Assembly: GCA_021162365.1 (NCBI GenBank)
Contig: JAGGYW010000001.1
Coordinates: forward strand, 2,906-66,905
Source: Nanobdellota archaeon
GTDB taxonomy: Archaea > Nanobdellota > Nanobdellia > CSSed11-243R1
DNA length: 64,000 bases
Reading direction: 5' to 3'
Shown here one piece after another: positions 38,718-47,131 of this stretch; positions within the stretch are counted from its first letter, which is position 1; every line of letters begins with the position of its first letter. A program made the position numbers and the translations under genes. The notes beneath the pieces were generated by a model. It saw only the letters and a program-made list of their open reading frames with translations, did not search any database and was not told the DNA's origin.

Positions 38718-38762
38718 TTACCTTGAAGCAGCTGCCTGTCTTTGCACTTTTTCTTTAGAAAA
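38718..38762 (-). pseudogene. Orphan duplicate of the S7 gene 3' end (15 codons incl. stop)
   Basis: Minus strand reads ttt tct aaa gaa aaa gtg caa aga cag gca gct gct tca agg taa (FSKEKVQRQAAASR*). The true S7 end is ISKKTEVERQAAASR* at 38803-38850. Most differences are third-position and synonymous. Confidence 0.65.
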
Positions 38763-38787
38763 GAAAACCTGCACTAAAAGAAAAAGG
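38748..38787 (+). repeat. Py-hairpin + mirror purine module (copy E10)
   Basis: TTTTCTTT (38749-38756), loop AGA, AAAGAAAA (38760-38767), spacer CCTGCACT, AAAAGAAA (38776-38783, exact mirror). The pyrimidine arm is contributed by the S7 3'-end duplicate. Confidence 0.7.
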
Positions 38788-38802
38788 ATTAAATGTATGA
38801 GA

Positions 38803-39399
38803 TTACCTTGACGCTGCAGCTTGTCTTTCTACTTCTGTTTTCTTTGAAATTGCAAATGATTTTGGATCTTCCTTGCTTGCTGCAATTATTTCGTTTGCTA
38901 GCCCTTTCTCAATTGGCACTTTTTTATCGGCAACTGCTTGGAAAGCACCTTGAGTTAACCACCTTAAAGCCAAGTCAACTCTTCTTTGTGGTGAGGTATC
39001 AACTTGCTTTGGGACTCTTATTCCTCCGATTTCAATTACAGTGACCTCATCCCTTGGGGCTGCGTTTTCAACAGCTCTAACAAGAACTTCGACAGGATTT
39101 TGTTTGGTTTGCTTTTCAATTATTTCAAATGTTTTCTTTGTTATGTTGTAAACAGTTTGTGATTTTCCGGTACAGAACTCACTTGTCCTCCAGTGCTTCT
39201 TACCTTTGTGACCAGGGGACATAAGTTTGTTCATGAATCTTTCAACAATGTTAACATTACTTTTAGCAAACCTTGTGCTTGCATGTCTGCCATATGTTTG
39301 TGGGACAAAGAGAGGCTTTAAGTTTATAACACTCTTTAATCCAGGATCTTTGACTTCCACATTCGTATCATACTTCCCGAAAATTTTTATTTCCACCAT
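38803..39399 (-). CDS. rps7: 30S ribosomal protein S7
   Basis: 198 aa with typical archaeal S7 sequence (VERFMNKLM..GKK, VENAAPRDEV, RRVDLALRW). Confidence 0.9.
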   Translation of the reverse strand: MVEIKIFGKYDTNVEVKDPGLKSVINLKPLFVPQTYGRHASTRFAKSNVNIVERFMNKLMSPGHKGKKHWRTSEFCTGKSQTVYNITKKTFEIIEKQTKQNPVEVLVRAVENAAPRDEVTVIEIGGIRVPKQVDTSPQRRVDLALRWLTQGAFQAVADKKVPIEKGLANEIIAASKEDPKSFAISKKTEVERQAAASR

Positions 39400-39408
39400 C
39401 TTATCTCA

Positions 39409-39444
39409 CTTTTCTTTGGTTAATCTTTCTTTTTAAGAAAGATT
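39409..39444 (-). repeat. Py-hairpin + purine tract module (copy E11, imperfect mirror)
   Basis: Plus strand has a 10-bp hairpin AATCTTTCTT-TTT-AAGAAAGATT (39422-39444) overlapping the S12 stop. The minus strand continues TAACC-AAAGAAAAG. Confidence 0.55.
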
Positions 39445-39883
39445 ATCGCATTGGTTTTTCTTTTCTACCTTTTACAAGTTCTTTTATTGAAACACCATTA
39501 ACTTTTATGACTCTAAATTTAACACCTGGCATGTCACCAAACGCTCTTCTTTGCGGAGCACCCATTCTTTCAATTATGACTTCGTTGTGTTCATCTATGA
39601 ATTTAATTGCGCCAGGACCATAGCCAGCATAAGCAGTAACGGTTCTTCCGTTTTTAGCAACCTGCACCTTCACACATTTTCTTAAACCTGAGTGTGGCTG
39701 CTTAACTTCTATCTCCATTTTTTGTAGAACAATTCCTCTTGCTGCAGGAGCACCCTCGAGCGGATCTGTTTTTTTGTAAAGTTTTGTCTTCATCTTTTTC
39801 AAATCTTTTTTTGCGAATAGAAATTTCTTTCTTCGCTGTCTAAGCTTCTTTCCTGCATTAAGTCCTCTTGGTTTATTAGCCAT
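39443..39883 (-). CDS. rps12: 30S ribosomal protein S12
   Basis: KQPHSGLRKCVKVQV..NGRTVTAYAGYGP..MPGVKFRVIKVNGVS. The internal ATG (MANKPRG) gives the usual length of about 147 aa. Confidence 0.9.
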   Translation of the reverse strand: MANKPRGLNAGKKLRQRRKKFLFAKKDLKKMKTKLYKKTDPLEGAPAARGIVLQKMEIEVKQPHSGLRKCVKVQVAKNGRTVTAYAGYGPGAIKFIDEHNEVIIERMGAPQRRAFGDMPGVKFRVIKVNGVSIKELVKGRKEKPMR

Positions 39884-40037
39884 ATCATTTTTCAATTCAA
39901 AACCCTTTATAAATCTTACTAAGAATTTTTGGTTCGAAAACATACTCAAATTGTAGAAATATAGAGTAACTTGTTAATAACCGCAATATTTTTAAAACCC
40001 TATATTTTATTTGCTCTAAAGATATTCAACTGAAAAT

Positions 40038-40045
40038 TAGGAGGT
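40038..40045 (+). promoter_or_regulatory. Shine-Dalgarno-like site for tuf
   Basis: TAGGAGGT lies 8 nt upstream of the ATG at 40054. Confidence 0.5.
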
Positions 40046-40053
40046 TAGGTAAA

Positions 40054-41319
40054 ATGGCAGCAAAACCACACATAAATTTGGTCGTAATTGGTCACGTAGA
40101 CCATGGGAAGTCGACGATTGTAGGAAGATTACTTTATGAAACAGGTACAATCACCGAACAGGATATTGAAAGGTTAAAGAAAGAGGCAGCCGCCTTGGGT
40201 AAAGCCACATTCGAGTTTGCATATGTACTTGATGCAACTCGTGAAGAAAGAACAAGGGGTGTCACAATTGATTTGTCTCACATGAAATTCGAAACCCCAA
40301 AATATTACTTTACAATAATTGATGCACCTGGGCACAGAGACTTCATTAAAAACATGATTACAGGTGCGGCACAAGCAGATGCAGCTGTACTTGTAGTGGC
40401 TGCAAAAGAGGGTATCCAACCACAGACAAAGGAGCACGCATTCCTTGCGAAGGTTCTTGGAATTAAGCAGTTCATCGTTGCAATTAACAAAATGGATACA
40501 GTGGATTACAAAGAGGACGCATACAACCAAGTTAAGGCAGAGCTTGAAAAGTTCTTGAAGACAGCAGGGTTTAAGATAGACGAGATTACATTTGTGCCTG
40601 TGAGTGCATTAGAGGGTGAAAACGTAACAAAGAAGCTTGGAAAGATGCCATGGTGGAAGGGTCCAACATTGCTTGAAGCACTTGATGCACTTAAAGAGCC
40701 AGAAAAGCCAATTGACTTGCCACTTAGATTGCCAATACAAGATGTTTACTCAATTACAGGTATTGGTACAGTGCCTGTAGGAAGAGTTGAGACAGGTGTA
40801 ATGAAAGTTGGTCAGAAAGTTATCTTTGAGCCAGCAAATGTCTCAGGAGAAGTTAAGTCAATCGAAATGCACCATGAACAGATGCAGGAAGCAAAGCCAG
40901 GTGACAACATTGGTTTCAACGTGCGTGGTGTGACAAAAGAACAAATTAAGAGAGGAGATGTTGTTGGTCCAGTTGAAAACCCACCAACAGTTGCAAAAGA
41001 ATTCACAGCACAAATGGTTATCTTACACCACCCAACTGCAATTAGCAAGGGTTACACACCAGTATTGCACGCACACACAACACAAGTACCAGTTAAGTTT
41101 AAGGAATTGAAGCAAAAGCTTGATCCAAGAACAGGTCAAGTAGCACAAGAAAACCCAGACATGCTTAAGACAGGAGATGCAGCAGTTGTTGTGCTTGAAC
41201 CACAGAAGCCATTAGTAATTGAAAAGAGAAGCGAAATTCCAAAGCTTTCAAGCTTTGCAGTTAGAGACATGGGTGAAACAGTTGGTGCTGGCTTCGCAAT
41301 TGACATTGTGAAGCGCTAA
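40054..41319 (+). CDS. tuf: Translation elongation factor aEF-1 alpha
   Basis: [17 protein letters not shown] and NKMD G-domain motifs, 421 aa. Confidence 0.95.
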   Translation: MAAKPHINLVVIGHVDHGKSTIVGRLLYETGTITEQDIERLKKEAAALGKATFEFAYVLDATREERTRGVTIDLSHMKFETPKYYFTIIDAPGHRDFIKNMITGAAQADAAVLVVAAKEGIQPQTKEHAFLAKVLGIKQFIVAINKMDTVDYKEDAYNQVKAELEKFLKTAGFKIDEITFVPVSALEGENVTKKLGKMPWWKGPTLLEALDALKEPEKPIDLPLRLPIQDVYSITGIGTVPVGRVETGVMKVGQKVIFEPANVSGEVKSIEMHHEQMQEAKPGDNIGFNVRGVTKEQIKRGDVVGPVENPPTVAKEFTAQMVILHHPTAISKGYTPVLHAHTTQVPVKFKELKQKLDPRTGQVAQENPDMLKTGDAAVVVLEPQKPLVIEKRSEIPKLSSFAVRDMGETVGAGFAIDIVKR

Positions 41320-41340
41320 TTTCTTTCTTTACACTTTCTC
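41308..41340 (+). repeat. Direct repeat copy 1 (last 4 tuf codons + 3' flank)
   Basis: GTGAAGCGCTAATTTCTTTCTTTACACTTTCTC. It recurs at 41457-41488 with one indel and two mismatches. Confidence 0.7.
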
Positions 41341-41379
41341 TTTCTTTTCAAGAAAGAGAACCTGTGCTAAGAGAAAGAA
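41336..41379 (+). repeat. Py-hairpin + mirror purine module (copy E12)
   Basis: TTCTCTTTCTT (41336-41346), loop TTC, AAGAAAGAGAA (41350-41360), spacer CCTGTGCT, AAGAGAAAGAA (41369-41379). This is an exact 11-nt mirror with three matched G positions. Confidence 0.8.
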
Positions 41380-41397
41380 TCTTCTCCTTTGGTGCGA

Positions 41398-41450
41398 CTT
41401 TTCTTTTTTGATTTTTCTCTTTGGTAAAGCTTTTTCTTCCTAAGAAAAAG
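41398..41450 (-). repeat. Py-hairpin + purine tracts module (copy E13, opposite orientation, imperfect)
   Basis: Plus-strand hairpin CTTTTTCTT-CCT-AAGAAAAAG (41430-41450). The minus strand continues CTTTACC-AAAGAGAAAAA-TC-AAAAAAGAAAAG. Only the distal tract approximates the mirror. Confidence 0.5.
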
Positions 41451-41456
41451 GTTTTT

Positions 41457-41488
41457 GTGAAGCGCTAATCTTTTCTTTGCACTTTTTC
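41457..41488 (+). repeat. Direct repeat copy 2 (orphan copy of tuf 3' end + flank)
   Basis: GTGAAGCGCTAATCTTTTCTTTGCACTTTTTC lies 149 nt downstream of copy 1. Confidence 0.7.
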
Positions 41489-41524
41489 TAAAATTTTTAA
41501 AATATCCACCATCTATAATTTGCT

Positions 41525-41995
41525 ATGCCTAAAAAGTATCACGCAATTGGGTATGGTGGAACTTTCGGGCCTCTTCATGATGGACATAAGTATGCTATTC
41601 GACATGCCGCCGCTGTCGCGGATGTTGTGCATATTGGAATCACCTCAGATGGTTTAGCAAAGTTTAAGTCACCTAGTGTTCCACCCTTAAATGAAAGGAA
41701 AAAAGCACTTGAGGATTACCTCAGAACTATTGAAGGCAATTTTGTTGTTACTGTTATATATAATCCTTATGGAGAAGCGCCATCTTCGAAAGAATTAGAG
41801 GCAATAATCGCAACGTCAGGTACCCTTGATGCAGTAAGAGAAATAAGTCGCATGAGGAAATTAAACGGTCTTCCTGAATTGAAAGTTGAGAAGTTGGATT
41901 ATTTACTTGCTGAGGATGGAGAAAGAATTTCCTCAACTAGAATAAGGCGTGGCGAAATAACTCCGAGCGGAAAACTTGTTTCTGCAATGCGTTAG
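41525..41995 (+). CDS. coaD: Phosphopantetheine adenylyltransferase (archaeal type cytidylyltransferase fold)
   Basis: GGTFGPLHDGHK nucleotidyltransferase motif and C-terminal ISSTRIRRGE, 156 aa. Confidence 0.65.
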   Translation: MPKKYHAIGYGGTFGPLHDGHKYAIRHAAAVADVVHIGITSDGLAKFKSPSVPPLNERKKALEDYLRTIEGNFVVTVIYNPYGEAPSSKELEAIIATSGTLDAVREISRMRKLNGLPELKVEKLDYLLAEDGERISSTRIRRGEITPSGKLVSAMR

Positions 41996-41997
41996 TA

Positions 41998-42010
41998 ACT
42001 TTTATAAACC
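41998..42010 (+). promoter_or_regulatory. TATA-box candidate for S10 (leaderless spacing)
   Basis: ACTTTTATAAACC is centred about 27 nt upstream of the ATG at 42031. Confidence 0.4.
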
Positions 42011-42030
42011 CCTTTTGATGTGAAAATTGT

Positions 42031-42339
42031 ATGCCAACAGCAAGAATAAGATTAAGCTCTGTAAACCCACAGCAATTGAACAACATAGTTAATCAAATAA
42101 AGGAGATTGCAGAAAAGACTAAAGTTAAGTTTCACGGACCTATTCCTTTTCCGACAAAGAGGTTGAAAATACCAACTCGTACTGCTCCTGATGGCAGGGG
42201 AAGGGAATTATACGAAACATGGGAAATGAGAATTCACAAAAGAGTAATGGACCTAGATATAGACGAAAGGGCGTTAAGATTAATAATGAGAATCCCCATG
42301 CCAAAAGATGTTAATGTTGAGATAGAAATTATCGAGTAA
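42031..42339 (+). CDS. rps10: 30S ribosomal protein S10
   Basis: 102 aa: ARIRLSS...KFHGPIPFPTKRLKIPTRTAPDG.G...YETWEMRIHKR. Confidence 0.9.
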   Translation: MPTARIRLSSVNPQQLNNIVNQIKEIAEKTKVKFHGPIPFPTKRLKIPTRTAPDGRGRELYETWEMRIHKRVMDLDIDERALRLIMRIPMPKDVNVEIEIIE

Positions 42340-42354
42340 CTTTTTCTCTTAGGA

Positions 42355-42651
42355 ATGTATATATATTATCACCTCCTAGAGAGTAATATGCTTGCTTTAG
42401 ATGAAGTGTTACTGCCGGCATCACGAGAATTTCTTAAGAAGATTTGTGATGACTCTGCCCCTGAAGAAGTATTGGATTCTGCAAAAAGATTTCTTAATGC
42501 ATACCTAACCACGATTTATTTCCCACTTCTATACTTCCCCGCGAAGTATGCTATAATTTCTATGAATAAAGGGTGTGACTGGAAGACGGTTGACGCCTGT
42601 AAGCTATTTTTGAGATCTCTTTCTATTTATGAACAGAGAGTGAATACTTAA
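42355..42651 (+). CDS. Hypothetical protein
   Basis: 98-aa ORF. No motif recognised. Confidence 0.3.
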   Translation: MYIYYHLLESNMLALDEVLLPASREFLKKICDDSAPEEVLDSAKRFLNAYLTTIYFPLLYFPAKYAIISMNKGCDWKTVDACKLFLRSLSIYEQRVNT

Positions 42652-42683
42652 ACTATAAAAATTAGAAAGTTTTATAAATAGGG

Positions 42684-42944
42684 GTGGGAAGGCTACCAAA
42701 AGGCTGGAAAAAAGCAGCAGAGAATGAAAGTGTAATTGCATATTCCAAAAAGAATTACATAATCCATATTTGGAAGTATAAAAAGCCAAAGAGGTTTGTC
42801 GTAGAGCCCTTTAGGAAGCTAGCAAATTACAAAAGACGTCTATTTTCCAAGGAATTCAGGACTCTTTCTGCTGCAAAGAAATTTGCATGGAATTTAATGA
42901 AGCAAAAGGAAATACGAGGATATTATCTCAAAGGCAACGATTAA
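42684..42944 (+). CDS. Hypothetical basic protein
   Basis: 86-aa ORF with a GTG start. No motif recognised. Confidence 0.3.
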   Translation: MGRLPKGWKKAAENESVIAYSKKNYIIHIWKYKKPKRFVVEPFRKLANYKRRLFSKEFRTLSAAKKFAWNLMKQKEIRGYYLKGND

Positions 42945-43810
42945 TCTTTCTTTATGTTATTATACCCAAGCACACTAAATGTTAGTATGGATGCTAGATG
43001 TACTCCTATTAAGTTTACCAATGTTAATCCAACAGCTCCAGAAAGTAACATCATGTTGGACATCCCAATCCCAATCCCAATAGTCACTGCGGGAGGTATT
43101 AATGCAACTGCGATTGCAACCCCACTGAATTCACCAAGGTTCCTTGTGGCAACGCTAAGTGCACCTGCAGCACCCGAGAATATTGATATGCCTATATCGA
43201 AAAACGATATTGTGCTTCTTCCTAATAATAGTGGATTTATTTTCATCGTGTTTATTACTTCAGCTATTATCATACCCCAAAATATGGCAAGTAAAATCCC
43301 CCACATTTCAGATGTAATTGTTTTCGAAACTTTCCTAAAGTTGCTTTTTAGCAAGAAGTAACTGCTACCTATTATGGGATATAAAATTGGAGCAATTAAC
43401 ATACCTCCAATTACAACTATTATGTTATTCCCAAGAAGACCAAGTGCAATTATTATAGCAGAAAGGGAGATGAAACCTATATATACCCAATTTAAACTGG
43501 CACCTTTCTTAATATCTGCTTCTATCTCTTCCTCAGAAATAGTTGGCGTTAATTCTTTTTTCCTTCTCGATGGAACAGAAGCTTTTACATCTAAGATTGT
43601 AATTGAATTCTCAAATGATTTTCCAAATCCAGATTTTTCAAACTCTCCAAGAAGGGAGCCTGTTTCTTTATCTGTTGCTAATATCTCAAACTTGTATAGT
43701 CTTTTCCCTGTAGTTATGTAATCATAAGAAACTATCCTTTTCTTCTCTAATATGTCTAAGATTGCTTTCTTTTCGGCATTACTTCGCGCAATTACTTTTA
43801 TTAGTTTCAT
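42941..43810 (-). CDS. DUF389/TIGR00341-like integral membrane protein
   Basis: Soluble N-terminal domain followed by about 6 hydrophobic segments with Gly-rich helices (GAAGALSVATRN, IPPAVTIGIGIG). Confidence 0.45.
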   Translation of the reverse strand: MKLIKVIARSNAEKKAILDILEKKRIVSYDYITTGKRLYKFEILATDKETGSLLGEFEKSGFGKSFENSITILDVKASVPSRRKKELTPTISEEEIEADIKKGASLNWVYIGFISLSAIIIALGLLGNNIIVVIGGMLIAPILYPIIGSSYFLLKSNFRKVSKTITSEMWGILLAIFWGMIIAEVINTMKINPLLLGRSTISFFDIGISIFSGAAGALSVATRNLGEFSGVAIAVALIPPAVTIGIGIGMSNMMLLSGAVGLTLVNLIGVHLASILTFSVLGYNNIKKD

Positions 43811-43877
43811 ACCTCACCATGAAAATTAACGAATACTTTATATTTAAGTTTTTAGTAATTGTATGTGAGGTGAGGAT

Positions 43878-44717
43878 ATGAACAATAAATTATTTTTAAT
43901 TGGGATGTTGGCTATGTTTTTAATCCCAATAGCGTTTGCAGAAACAGACAATGTAACAATATTGCCTGCACCAAACGACACAGAAATTACTTTGCCACCA
44001 GTACAATATACACCAGATAATCCACTTTATGGATTAGAGAGATTCATGGAAAGAGTGAGATTGTGGCTAACCTTTGACGAAGAATCAAAGATTAAATTGC
44101 AGTTAGAGTATGCAGAAAAAAGATTAGCCGAAGCAAAAGTTATGGCAGAGAGGAACAAAACAGATTATGCGGAGAAACTTCTGAAAGAATATGAGTATGA
44201 ATTCAATAAAACTGTGGAGAGAGTAAAAGACAATTATGAGAATTGTGTAGCAGTACAGATGCAGAAGTGCGAGCAGATGGGCATCGAAGAGAAGTGTAGT
44301 GCAATAGGGATTTCAGAAGAAGCATGTGGTAATTTAACAAATGCTTGCCAAACCTATGCGGAAACAAAATGTAGTAAGTGGGCGAACCTAACAGAGATGG
44401 TATCTAATGCTACAATGAAGCACATACATGTTTTGCAGAAAGTTTTAGAGAAAGTTCCTGAGCAGGCAAAGCCAGCAATACAACATGCTATTAAATCATC
44501 ACAGAAAAGCCAAAAAGTGGTAGAAGTAAAAGTAAGAGAAATTATGGAGATTAGAGATGAGTTGAAGGAAAAGTTGAAAATGAAACTAGAAACGCACTTA
44601 AATCAGTCATTACAGAATCAGACAATGATTCAAAACATGACACAACAAATGAGCCATACGCCAAACGATTCAGGATATTTGCCACCACATGAAACACCAC
44701 ATGGAATCGAAAAATAA
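43878..44717 (+). CDS. Secreted helical protein (DUF5667-like N-terminal region)
   Basis: Signal peptide (LIPIAFAETDN). PDNPLYGLERFMERVRLWLTFDEESKIKLQLEYAEKRLAEA resembles DUF5667. Confidence 0.35.
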   Translation: MNNKLFLIGMLAMFLIPIAFAETDNVTILPAPNDTEITLPPVQYTPDNPLYGLERFMERVRLWLTFDEESKIKLQLEYAEKRLAEAKVMAERNKTDYAEKLLKEYEYEFNKTVERVKDNYENCVAVQMQKCEQMGIEEKCSAIGISEEACGNLTNACQTYAETKCSKWANLTEMVSNATMKHIHVLQKVLEKVPEQAKPAIQHAIKSSQKSQKVVEVKVREIMEIRDELKEKLKMKLETHLNQSLQNQTMIQNMTQQMSHTPNDSGYLPPHETPHGIEK

Positions 44718-44730
44718 TCCTTTTTCTTTT

Positions 44731-45945
44731 TTATTCATATCTTAGTGCATCAACTGGATTTAGTCCTGCTGCTTTTTTAGCAGGCAGAATCCCCGCGATA
44801 CTTCCCATCCCAAATGATAGGATAAGTGCCCCAATTATTAAGTCTGCTCCAACATATGTTTTCAGAGGTATAAACATGGAATAAGATGCAAACATCTCAA
44901 CAGCTTTTGCCATACCTATGCCTAACACGATTCCAAATACTCCACCAATTACTCCAATTATCCCAGATTCAATTAAGAAGAGTAGGAGTACATCTTTGTC
45001 TTTTGCACCTATTGCTTTCATAATGCCTATCTCTTTTGTTCTCTCCATAACTGACATATACATTGTGTTCATAACTCCGACTGCTCCAACAATTAGAGAT
45101 ATAGCTCCAATTCCAATTAACACAACTTGTATTGTACCAAATAATTGATTGATTAATCTTAGCAAATCTTCACTTGTCCTAACTTCAAATGTTTCTTCGC
45201 CCTCATCTTGGTTTTTGAAGTCCCTTAGTGCTTTTTCTACATCTTCTTTTACGTTAATTGGGTCATATCCTTTTTGTACCTTTGCAAAAATCATCGTTAC
45301 ACTTTCTTCATCACCGACTATTTTCCTTAACTCTTCTAAAGGAACTATTACGGAGGAATCATCTTGCCTATTTCCAATAGGCTTGTAAATTCCAACAACC
45401 CTAAAAGTGTAATCCCCAATCTCTAATTTACTTCTTAGCTTTATTGGATTCTCGAAAATATCTTCGTCTGCCAACAGATAGCCAACTGTTGCTTTTAATT
45501 TATCACTTTGTTTTAGTTGCCTTCCAACATTTATTTCAAATCCTTGAACTTCTTCGAATAATTTTTCTGTTTTTTCGTCTGTAGGTATACCAAATACTGG
45601 CAGGAATTCTACCTCATCTTTATATTTAACAGGAAGATTCTCCCAAAGAATTGCAGAAACCAGATCGATCCCCTTTGTTTTTTTTATTACATCAACATCT
45701 TTTTCTGTTAGTACAACCGAACTAGAGCGCGGCCCAAATCCACCCATCCCCCTCGGAGTTATGAATAACTTATCTGATCCAAAGAGTTGGAATTGCCTTT
45801 CTACTTCTCTATTTAGTCCTATGCTCAATGATATAAGCGCAACTACTGCTCCGATTCCAATGATAATTCCTACTATAGTTAACCAACTTCTTAGTTTTCT
45901 TTTTCGTAAGTTTACTATTGATAGTTTAAACAAATCTTCAATCAT
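44731..45945 (-). CDS. ABC transporter permease, FtsX/MacB type
   Basis: N-terminal TM, large periplasmic-type domain and a C-terminal FtsX-like three-TM bundle (MKAIGAKDKDVLLLFLIESG). Confidence 0.8.
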   Translation of the reverse strand: MIEDLFKLSIVNLRKRKLRSWLTIVGIIIGIGAVVALISLSIGLNREVERQFQLFGSDKLFITPRGMGGFGPRSSSVVLTEKDVDVIKKTKGIDLVSAILWENLPVKYKDEVEFLPVFGIPTDEKTEKLFEEVQGFEINVGRQLKQSDKLKATVGYLLADEDIFENPIKLRSKLEIGDYTFRVVGIYKPIGNRQDDSSVIVPLEELRKIVGDEESVTMIFAKVQKGYDPINVKEDVEKALRDFKNQDEGEETFEVRTSEDLLRLINQLFGTIQVVLIGIGAISLIVGAVGVMNTMYMSVMERTKEIGIMKAIGAKDKDVLLLFLIESGIIGVIGGVFGIVLGIGMAKAVEMFASYSMFIPLKTYVGADLIIGALILSFGMGSIAGILPAKKAAGLNPVDALRYE

Positions 45946-47131
45946 TTCTCTTCATTAGTTTGGTGTATCCAATATACCCAATAGCAAGTAGAACTACTGC
46001 TGCTATTATCCAGCTTAGATTACTACTTTCTCTCAATCCATATCTACTTATTTCAGATGAAGTGTATAATCTTAAGTTGACATTCTTGGTTTCTTCGTGA
46101 TGTATGTTGTTGCTATCTAAGTAAGATACTTTAGTTTGTAGCGGTATTTGTTTGTCGCTTGTTGGATTTACATATACGCTAAATTCAACTGTGTCCGTAT
46201 CGTCAGAGTCGAGGTCTCCTATGTATACTTTATCGCTTGATAATTTTTCGTAATCTTCAGAGTTAAGTAGTTCAACACTTAGAAATTTTATATCAGATAG
46301 TCCTTCATTTACAATTGTTAACTTAACTGTTCCGCTCTCTCCTGCTTTTAGAATATCACTTTCATCCAAATATATGTCTACATCTGGTTTGTCTCCTACA
46401 ATTATACTAATCAAATCCTCTTTTGTATACTTGGTGCCTGTGTTGTCAGAATATGAAATTGTAACAGGTATTTTGTAAATTCCACTTTTCGTGTCGGATA
46501 GTGGTGCTAGCATAAACGAAATCTTTCCTATATCGCCAGACTCAATTAAATTCATCCTTTTTTCAGTAGTTGAATTTATTGGGGCAAATGGAACGTTCGT
46601 CAAGTCAAGTTTTACATCTATGTTGCTTAGAAATGTATCAGCTAGGTTTTTGAATACAAATGTAAGGTTTGCTGTTTCTCCAGGGGATACCAAATCTGGT
46701 TTTGTATACACTTTCTCTATTGATAATATCGCATCGTGTGTTTGGACAAATATCTTGAATCTCTTTGTTAACCAATCAAAACCACTATATCTGTATGATA
46801 TATCTAGGAAATTGTCTCCTTCGACAGCATTTTCATCGACTTTTATTCTAACTCGGAGGATTTCTTCCCTACCACCAACAATTGTTCCCAAGTTTATGTA
46901 ACTATCCTCGCTTGGATCTAAGCTAAATGGGAATTTCGGTGTGATGTTCACTTCTACATTATCTGCATCTTCTGTCCCCACATTTCTTACCTTTAACCAT
47001 ACATCAACATATTTTCCTGGTTCCGCTGGGTAAGGTTCATATTTTGTTATATTTACAGAAATTCCAGCTGGGGTTGCATGTGCAACACTCACTAAAGTCA
47101 ATACCATTAAAATAAAAATTATTTTTTTCAT
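45938..47131 (-). CDS. Secreted surface protein with CARDB/COG1361-like beta-sandwich repeats and C-terminal TM anchor
   Basis: Signal peptide (LVSVAHATPAG). VRNVGTEDADNVEV and IVNEGLSDIKFLSV modules. C-terminal TM WIIAAVVLLAIGYIGY. Confidence 0.6.
   Translation of the reverse strand: MKKIIFILMVLTLVSVAHATPAGISVNITKYEPYPAEPGKYVDVWLKVRNVGTEDADNVEVNITPKFPFSLDPSEDSYINLGTIVGGREEILRVRIKVDENAVEGDNFLDISYRYSGFDWLTKRFKIFVQTHDAILSIEKVYTKPDLVSPGETANLTFVFKNLADTFLSNIDVKLDLTNVPFAPINSTTEKRMNLIESGDIGKISFMLAPLSDTKSGIYKIPVTISYSDNTGTKYTKEDLISIIVGDKPDVDIYLDESDILKAGESGTVKLTIVNEGLSDIKFLSVELLNSEDYEKLSSDKVYIGDLDSDDTDTVEFSVYVNPTSDKQIPLQTKVSYLDSNNIHHEETKNVNLRLYTSSEISRYGLRESSNLSWIIAAVVLLAIGYIGYTKLMKRND

Noticed and set aside
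41457-41468. Second GTGAAGCGCTAA as an alternative or spliced terminal exon of tuf
   Set aside because: The first copy already ends in an in-frame TAA that gives a full-length EF-1alpha. Only four codons are duplicated, and I could not fold a convincing bulge-helix-bulge across the interval.
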